A stretch of DNA of 64,000 bases from positions 1,120,573 to 1,184,572 of the forward strand of contig CAWEZH010000002.1 of NCBI GenBank assembly GCA_963813535.1, written 5' to 3'. The stretch comes from an uncultured Chloroflexia bacterium. GTDB lineage: Bacteria > Chloroflexota > Limnocylindria > Limnocylindrales > CSP1-4. Under the pieces are notes generated by a model, which saw nothing but the letters and a program-made list of their open reading frames with translations, was not told the DNA's origin and searched no databases. Below are positions 57,769 to 64,000 of the stretch, in pieces. Position 1 is the first letter of the stretch. Each line of letters opens with the position of its first letter. The translations under genes were made by a program, and so were the position numbers.

Positions 57769-60564
57769 ATGGACCCGGCCGCCCGCGTCCTGCGCGTCCT
57801 GTCGATACGGCCCGGCGAGGGACGGGTTGTCGGCGGTGTGGCGATGCTGTTCGCGGTGCTCGAAGCGGCACGCGGATTCGGAGAGGTCGGCGCTGACTCC
57901 CTGGTGCTGGGCCAATACGGCCCGGACGCGCTTCCGACCACCCTGCCGTACCTCTTCATCGGCCTCGGCGTCACGAGCTTCCTGGTATCGCTCGGGTATG
58001 CGGCGGCCCTGGGCCGCCTGCCACGGATCCCGCTGTTCATCGGCATCGTCACCGGCATCGCGTTGCTCCTCGTGGCGGAACGTGTCGGACTGGCGGCCGG
58101 CAGGACCGAACTCGTGCCCGTGATCTGGCTCACGGTCTTCGCATCGAGCGCGATCAACCTCACCATCGCCTGGACGGTGAGCGGAGCGTCCTTCGACGCG
58201 AGGCAGGCAAAGCGACTGTTCCCGCTCCTCACGAGCGCAGCGATCGTCGGGAGTTTCTCGGGAACCCTGGCGGCAGGGCCGATCGCGCATGCCTCCAGCG
58301 TCGAGACCCTTGTGGTCGTCCAGTCCGCGTTCCTCGGACTTGCCGCCGTGCTGCTCGCGCGACTACCCCGTCCCCGGACGCGGCGGTCGGCGGCCGGACG
58401 CGGAGCGTCGGTCGTGGCGGACCTGCGGGTCGGCTTCGACACGGTGGCCCGCTCGCCGTTGATGCGGCTCGTGGCGGTGGCCTACGTGCTGCTCGCCATC
58501 CTCCTCTTCTCGGTCTCGTTCCCGTTCCTCATCGCGGCGTCGCGCGAGTTCCCGGACAAGGTCGAACTGGCCACCGCTCTCGGGTTGCTGTCGACCGCGG
58601 TCACGGCCACGTCATTCGTCCTGTCGCTCGTCGTCGCGAACCGGCTCTATGCGCGTTTCGGGATCTCGGCCGGAGCACTCCTTCAGCCGATCGTGTACGT
58701 GCTGGGGTTCGCGACATGGCTCCTGCAGTTCTCGTTCGCCACCGCGGCTGCGTTCCGATTCGGCCAGCAGGTCACCCAGCGTGGTATCTCCAACGCAGCC
58801 TGGAGCGCGTTCTACAACGTCGTCCCGGCCGATAGACGCGCCCAGGTGCTCGGCTTCATCGACGGCGTCCCCGGGCAGGTCGGGACCGTTCTCTCCGGCA
58901 TCCTGCTGCTCCTCACCGCCGGTCTTAGCGGGTTGGAGCCGGTCTTCTGGCTCGGGATCGGGACCGCCGTCATCGCGACGCTCGTGGTCATCCAGATACG
59001 ACGGCGGTATGCGGAAAGCCTTCTGACCGCCCTGCGATCGGGGCTCGCCGAGCAGGTCCTCGAAGGTGGACCCGGCCTGCCCGCGGCACTCGACCGCCCC
59101 GACGTCCGTGGTGTGCTGCTCACTGCGCTGAGCGACGCCGACCCCCACACCCGGAGGCTTGGCGTGGCGCTCCTCGGTCGCGCGGATGTGCTTCGACCAG
59201 ACGAGCGGGACCTCGTGGCTGCTCTCGGTGACGACCCGTCACCGCGCGTCCGCGCGGAGGTTGCTGCAGCGCTGGCGGGCGATCCCGCCGACACTCGTCC
59301 CGGCGTCCTCATCGCCGCCTTGCTCGACGCGGAGTCGGACGAGTCGCGGATGGCCGGTCTCGATGCCGCGGCACGCGTCCCCGACCGTGTGTCATCCGAC
59401 GACCTGCGCGGTTTCCTTGACGATCCGTCGCCGGGTGTCCGCGCTGCAGCCATTCGGGCTCTGGCCGTCCGACCCGATGAGGCTACGGTCGTTCCGACGG
59501 CGATGCTCGTCGACGCGCTCGATGACGACGCCTACCTCGTCCGTTCGGCCGCCTCGTCGGCGCTCGCGGCGCGGGCCGACGGACGAGCGGCGGTGATCCA
59601 TGCGCTCGACGTGGGATCTGAGCGAGCGCAGGACGCGGCGCTCCTTGCGCTCACCGGCCGTGCCGGCGATGTCCAGGCGGATCTCCTTTCGTGGGCCAGC
59701 GTCCAGATCGAGCGGGCGGAAGCTCTCCATCGAGCGCATGGATCGGTGGCGGCGCTCCCCGAGCGGACCCCCGTCGGCGCCTTCCTCGAAGCCGTGGTCG
59801 CCCAACGAGCTCGACGGGCCGAGGACCGGGCGATCGCCGTCGTCGTCGCCGTCGGCGCGCCGGCAGCCGGGGGACTCATGCGCCGATCCCTGCGCTCGAG
59901 CGATCAGGATGCCCGGGCACAGGCCATCGAGGCCCTTGATTCCCTGGGTGACCGGCGGCTCGGTCGCGCCCTCTCGGCCTGTCTCGAAGCGGCGGCCGAA
60001 CCGTCACGGATCGACCCCATCGAAACACTCGACCGGCTGGCGTACGACGACGATCGCTGGATCGCCATGCTCGGTCGGGCGGTCCGTGCCACGCTGACGA
60101 CCCGTAGCGAGGACGATACGGCCATGACCCAGGGCGACGGCGCGTCGGGCGAGATCGAGACCATGCTGCTCCTTCGTCGAGTGCCGTTGTTCGCGGGTCT
60201 CGAACCGGAGGACCTACAGCGGGTCGCGATGGTGGCGATGGAGCGCGACTACCCGTCCGGGTCGGCGCTCGTGCGCGAGGGGGAGATCGGGGACGAACTG
60301 GTCGTGATCGTCGAGGGGGCCGTGCGCGTCGTCCAGGCGACGCCCGATGGCGAGGAGCGATTCATCCGGAGCTACGGTGCCGGCGAACATGTCGGCGAAC
60401 TTGCCGTCCTGCGCGACCGGCCGCGGGTCGCCACGGTCATCGCCGACGGCGACGTCCGGGGCCTCGTGCTCGGTGGGGACGCCCTGCGCGCGATCCTGCG
60501 TGAACGGCCCGAGGCGGCGATGGCGATGCTTGCCACCCTCGCGGAGCGCATCTCGACCCAGTAG
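57769..60564 (+). CDS. multidomain membrane protein: 12-TM transporter-like domain (MFS/TLC-like) + HEAT/PBS-lyase-like repeats + C-terminal cyclic-nucleotide-binding domain
   Basis: The first ~430 aa are 12 hydrophobic helices. The middle has repeated DDPSPRVRAEVAAALAG / DDPSPGVRAAAIRALA / DDDAYLVRSAASSALAA HEAT-like units. The C-terminus has RRVPLFAGLEPEDLQRVA...GEIGDELVVIVEGAVRV...GAGEHVGELAVLRDRPRVATVIA, the cNMP-binding beta-roll with its phosphate-binding cassette. Confidence 0.7.
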   Translation: MDPAARVLRVLSIRPGEGRVVGGVAMLFAVLEAARGFGEVGADSLVLGQYGPDALPTTLPYLFIGLGVTSFLVSLGYAAALGRLPRIPLFIGIVTGIALLLVAERVGLAAGRTELVPVIWLTVFASSAINLTIAWTVSGASFDARQAKRLFPLLTSAAIVGSFSGTLAAGPIAHASSVETLVVVQSAFLGLAAVLLARLPRPRTRRSAAGRGASVVADLRVGFDTVARSPLMRLVAVAYVLLAILLFSVSFPFLIAASREFPDKVELATALGLLSTAVTATSFVLSLVVANRLYARFGISAGALLQPIVYVLGFATWLLQFSFATAAAFRFGQQVTQRGISNAAWSAFYNVVPADRRAQVLGFIDGVPGQVGTVLSGILLLLTAGLSGLEPVFWLGIGTAVIATLVVIQIRRRYAESLLTALRSGLAEQVLEGGPGLPAALDRPDVRGVLLTALSDADPHTRRLGVALLGRADVLRPDERDLVAALGDDPSPRVRAEVAAALAGDPADTRPGVLIAALLDAESDESRMAGLDAAARVPDRVSSDDLRGFLDDPSPGVRAAAIRALAVRPDEATVVPTAMLVDALDDDAYLVRSAASSALAARADGRAAVIHALDVGSERAQDAALLALTGRAGDVQADLLSWASVQIERAEALHRAHGSVAALPERTPVGAFLEAVVAQRARRAEDRAIAVVVAVGAPAAGGLMRRSLRSSDQDARAQAIEALDSLGDRRLGRALSACLEAAAEPSRIDPIETLDRLAYDDDRWIAMLGRAVRATLTTRSEDDTAMTQGDGASGEIETMLLLRRVPLFAGLEPEDLQRVAMVAMERDYPSGSALVREGEIGDELVVIVEGAVRVVQATPDGEERFIRSYGAGEHVGELAVLRDRPRVATVIADGDVRGLVLGGDALRAILRERPEAAMAMLATLAERISTQ

Positions 60565-60573
60565 AGTCGGCCC

Positions 60574-63210
60574 GTGGTCGACATCGAGGCCGGTCGGCGC
60601 GCACTACCGACCGGGACGGTCACCTTCCTGCGAACGGACGTCGAGGGGTCGATGGGACTCGCCCGCGCCCTCGGTCAGGGCTGGGATGCGGTCAATGCCA
60701 CGCACATGGGCATCCTCCGGAAAGCCGTCGATGAGCACGGCGGCATCAGCGTCCGCACCGAGGGCGACGCGATGTTCGCGGTCTTCCCGGAGGCGAGAGC
60801 CGCGGTCTCAGCCGCGATCGCCGCGCAGCGCGGTCTCGTGACCCACGAGTGGCCGGCCGGAGCGGACGTACGCGTCCGGATGGGTCTCCACTCGGGCGAG
60901 GCCTACCTGGCCGGTGACGACTACGGCGGTTTCGAGGTGAGCCGTGCCGCACGGATCGCCGGCGCCGGTCACGGTGGCCAGATCGTGCTCTCCGAGACGA
61001 CCCGTGCGCTGGTCGCAGACGCGCTGCCCGATGGCGTCGAGGTCCATGACCTCGGTCGTCATGCCCTCCGGGACGTCCCACGTCCGGAACACCTCTTCCA
61101 ACTGGACGCCCCGGGTCTGCCGACGCAGTTCCCGCCGCTGCGGTCCGGGTCGGCGACCGTCGGCGACCTGCCGTCCCGACTGACGAGCTTCATCGGACGC
61201 GACGCCGAACTCGACGAGCTGGCCGACCTGCTCACGGAACGGCGGCTCGTCACGCTCACGGGGCCGGGCGGCATCGGCAAGACCAGCCTGGCCGTCGAGA
61301 CGGCGCGCGCGGTGGCGGATCACTCCCCTGACGGGGCGTGGTTCGTGCCGCTGGCCGATGTCGAGGACCCTGCCGACGTCAGGTCGATCATCGCTCGCGC
61401 GATCGGCCTGCACGACGGTCCCGGCCGACCAGCCGCGGAGGGACTCGCACCGTATCTTGCCGATCGCTCCGTACTGCTCGTCATCGACAACTTCGAGCGG
61501 CTGCTGGACGCGGCAGGTGACGTCGCCGACATCCTCGAGGCGTCGCCCCGGTCGCGCATCCTCGTGACGAGCCGCGCCCCGCTGCGGATCGCCGGCGAAC
61601 AGGAGTATCCCGTGCCGAGTCTTGGCGGGGACTGCGCGCGGCTGTTCACGGAGCGCGCCCGGTCCGTGCGGCCGGGCTGGGAGCCCCCTGCCGACGATAC
61701 CGTCGTGGACGAGGTCTGCTCGCTCCTCGATCGACTGCCGTTGGGCGTAGAGCTCACCGCGGCGCGCGTCGCGCTCCTTCCGCTGACGGCGATCCGCGAT
61801 CGCCTCCGCGCACAACTGCCACTGCCCGGGTCAGGTCCACGCAATGTGCCCGATCGGCAGCGGACGCTGGCGGGGGCCATCGCCTGGAGCCACGATCTGC
61901 TCCCGACCGACCTGCAACGCGTCCTGCATGACCTCGCGGTCTTCGACGTCGGCTTCGAGTACGAGCAAGCAGCGCAGGTCGTCGAACCACCGGCCGACGG
62001 TGGCGACGTCCTCGACCACCTGGCGACGCTCGTCGACCAGAGCCTGATCAGGCGCGACGCGAGTGAGAACGGCATCCGGTTCGAGATGCTCGAGACCATC
62101 CGAGCCTTCGCGCTCGAGCGTCTCCGGGCGGAAGATCGCGAGACGGCAGTCCGGCGCCGGCACGCGCTCGCCTACCTCGCTCTGGCCGAAGCCGCTGCGC
62201 CGAACCTGCCCGGATCCGATCAGCCGCGGTGGCTCGACCGGCTGACCATCGACTATGCGAACCTGCGGTCCGCGATCCGCTGGAGCATCGACGCCGGAGA
62301 GGTCGAGCTGGCGCTCCGCTTCGTCGCCGCGATGTGGCGTTTCTGGCAACAGGATGGACGGCTCGTCGAAGGCACCGACCTTGCGGAGGAGGCCCTCGCC
62401 ATGCCCGGCGCGGATCAGGCGACGCCAGGTCGATTGGCCGCGCTCGGGGCCGCCGGCGGGATCGCCTACTGGCACGGACGTCGGGGCGACTCGACCCGGT
62501 ACTACAAGGAGCAGCTCACGCTCGCCCGGCAGCTGGGGGATGTCGCGGCGGAGGCCGACGCGACCTGGAATCTCGCGTTCGAGCCCTATGTCGCCGGCGA
62601 CTTCGACGGTGCAGCCCAGATGGTGCTCTCCGCCCGCGGCATGTTCGAACGGATCGGCGACGAGCGCGGCGTCGCGCGGGCGGACTGGTCGATGGTGACC
62701 GTAGCCTCGGGAGATCACCCGGGGGTGGGCGGACTGGAGACTCTTGAGTCGCTCAATGAACGGTTCGAACGGCTCGGCGATACCTGGTACGCGTTCCAGA
62801 ACTACATGAGCATCGCATGGGTCTACTACTCGGCAGACGACGTTGCGGGGGCCAGTCGCTGGTTCGTCCGTGCCCTGGTCGGCTCGCGTTCGCTCCGAGA
62901 CGTGACTGGAACCACCATCGCGATCCCGCTTGCGGCGTTGCTGGCGCTCGAGGCCGACCGCCCGGAGGACGCTGCGACACTCCTCGGATCCGCGGACCAC
63001 CTGAGCGAGCTGTACGGCGTGAAGGCGCCGCTGGGTCTGCGCGAGTTGCTTGGCGTGAGCGATCCGCAGGGTCGGGCGCTCGCCGCGCTCGGCCAGGAGC
63101 GATACCAGGAGGCTTTCGATCGGGGGCGCCAGATGACGCTCGATCAGACGGTCGAACGCATCGTCCGCATGCAGGACGAGGCCTGGGGACCTGGCGAGAC
63201 TGCTGGTTGA
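60574..63210 (+). CDS. class III adenylate/guanylate cyclase fused to a STAND-type NTPase (NB-ARC/AAA) and helical repeat (TPR-like) domain
   Basis: The cyclase core reads VTFLRTDVEGSMGLARALG...EGDAMFAVFPEA...VRMGLHSGEAYLAGDDYGGFEVSRAARIAGAGHGGQIVLSE. It is followed by the P-loop LTGPGGIGKTSLA, Walker B LLVIDNFERL, and a C-terminal helical repeat region. The start lies 10 nt after the previous gene. Confidence 0.8.
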   Translation: MVDIEAGRRALPTGTVTFLRTDVEGSMGLARALGQGWDAVNATHMGILRKAVDEHGGISVRTEGDAMFAVFPEARAAVSAAIAAQRGLVTHEWPAGADVRVRMGLHSGEAYLAGDDYGGFEVSRAARIAGAGHGGQIVLSETTRALVADALPDGVEVHDLGRHALRDVPRPEHLFQLDAPGLPTQFPPLRSGSATVGDLPSRLTSFIGRDAELDELADLLTERRLVTLTGPGGIGKTSLAVETARAVADHSPDGAWFVPLADVEDPADVRSIIARAIGLHDGPGRPAAEGLAPYLADRSVLLVIDNFERLLDAAGDVADILEASPRSRILVTSRAPLRIAGEQEYPVPSLGGDCARLFTERARSVRPGWEPPADDTVVDEVCSLLDRLPLGVELTAARVALLPLTAIRDRLRAQLPLPGSGPRNVPDRQRTLAGAIAWSHDLLPTDLQRVLHDLAVFDVGFEYEQAAQVVEPPADGGDVLDHLATLVDQSLIRRDASENGIRFEMLETIRAFALERLRAEDRETAVRRRHALAYLALAEAAAPNLPGSDQPRWLDRLTIDYANLRSAIRWSIDAGEVELALRFVAAMWRFWQQDGRLVEGTDLAEEALAMPGADQATPGRLAALGAAGGIAYWHGRRGDSTRYYKEQLTLARQLGDVAAEADATWNLAFEPYVAGDFDGAAQMVLSARGMFERIGDERGVARADWSMVTVASGDHPGVGGLETLESLNERFERLGDTWYAFQNYMSIAWVYYSADDVAGASRWFVRALVGSRSLRDVTGTTIAIPLAALLALEADRPEDAATLLGSADHLSELYGVKAPLGLRELLGVSDPQGRALAALGQERYQEAFDRGRQMTLDQTVERIVRMQDEAWGPGETAG

Positions 63211-63235
63211 CCGCGGGAATATCCTCGCCTCACTG

Positions 63236-63703
63236 ATGGATCTGCTGACGGGCAACCTCGGTCTTCTGGTCCCCCTCGCGGGGTTCTTGCTCCTGCTCCT
63301 CGCCGCTGCGATCACCATCCGCCTGAGTCGGGGGGAGAGCGAGGCCGTAGCGCGGTGGCGCTATCGAGAACGGCGTCATGACGTGCCGCGGCATCGGGAG
63401 CCGCGCCAGGAAGTGCCGGTCCCGGAGCAAGCACGCCCATATGCCGGTCCGCTGGCGGCGCGACGGATGGCACGCCTTCTCATAGGTACCGCGATCGTCC
63501 TGCCGATCCTTACCTTCTTTGCGTGGATCGCTCAGCCCGGTTTCACCGGGGGGCCGATGTTCTACGAGGCCCCGTGGTACGAGGCGGCGCTGCCGTGGGC
63601 GGCTGCCGCGGGTTACCTGTTCGGGCTCGGCTGGATGATCCGGATCTACCGGGCGGATCCCGAGCCGGATCGCGGGACCTGGCGCTATCGCTCCGAGGCC
63701 TGA
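63236..63703 (+). CDS. hypothetical membrane protein (155 aa, 3-4 TM)
   Basis: Hydrophobic helices (LLVPLAGFLLLLLAAAITI; LLIGTAIVLPILTFFAWIA; AAAGYLFGLGWMIRIY) are present and the ORF is intact. Confidence 0.5.
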   Translation: MDLLTGNLGLLVPLAGFLLLLLAAAITIRLSRGESEAVARWRYRERRHDVPRHREPRQEVPVPEQARPYAGPLAARRMARLLIGTAIVLPILTFFAWIAQPGFTGGPMFYEAPWYEAALPWAAAAGYLFGLGWMIRIYRADPEPDRGTWRYRSEA

Positions 63704-63804
63704 GGCTCCTCCGGGGCCTGTGCCACTGAACCTGCACGCCATTCGTGCCATATGTGCAAGAGGCGCACCGTCGGCCCGCTGAGTTCGCCGGCTCGGTTCT
63801 CGCG

Positions 63805-63870
63805 TGCATCGTCATGCAGCCGCACATGCGGTGGTGACCACGTCCATGCGCTCTGATGCATCGTCATGCA
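63805..63870. promoter_or_regulatory. two copies of the inverted repeat TGCAT-CGTC-ATGCA, 52 bp apart (plus partial GATGCA-type half sites to 63925); candidate operator sites
   Basis: Identical 14-mers lie at 63805..63818 and 63857..63870, downstream of the last gene, in otherwise non-coding sequence near the window end. Confidence 0.3.
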
Positions 63871-64000
63871 GTCGCACGCACCTGAGCCGGCGCGTGGATG
63901 CATCCCAAGGTGCGCCGGATGCACATACGGCCCGATCGCGGGCGTGGGGCCGGGAGCTGACGCGCGACGGGAGCTGAACATGAACGCGACGCCCTCGGTG

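Overview
This is a high-GC (about 70%) window that reads like an Actinomycetota-type chromosome, with about 65 protein genes, one intact tRNA-Glu(CTC) and one truncated tRNA-Arg(TCT). No rRNA or CRISPR was seen. All identifications are from reading the translations and DNA by eye, and no database search was run.

The first ~10 kb looks accessory or degraded:
- six copies of a ~65-bp GC-rich interspersed repeat
- two copies of a decayed hicB-like (UPF0150) segment
- an unlisted 58-aa Flp-pilin gene
- many small orphan ORFs, three SnoaL-like paralogs, a secreted lipase and a Pro/Thr-repeat protein
- the 5' half of a tRNA-Arg gene

The middle carries housekeeping and envelope genes: an ECF sigma/anti-sigma pair, pirin, hydrolases, an orphan DNA methyltransferase, a TPM-domain protein with PspA, a DUF1611/dipeptide-epimerase operon, an alginate-lyase-like exoenzyme and DUF1015.

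From 32.1 to 48.2 kb there is a co-directional cluster that combines an ABC-2 exporter module with a Bat-like MoxR ATPase / DUF58 / vWA module, then a large secreted protein and a class-F-like sortase:
- a large GldG-like exported protein, an ABC ATPase and an ABC-2 permease
- a membrane coiled-coil protein with a perfect (QG)n repeat
- MoxR, DUF58, a BatA-like vWA protein and a double-vWA protein

The 3' end has acyl-CoA dehydrogenase, adenosine deaminase, lipA and a 2-oxoacid dehydrogenase E2. It finishes with a two-gene unit: a 12-TM/HEAT/cNMP-binding protein followed directly by a STAND-type class III adenylate cyclase.

At least six otherwise intact genes show single-base frameshifts, so indel errors in the assembly are suspected.
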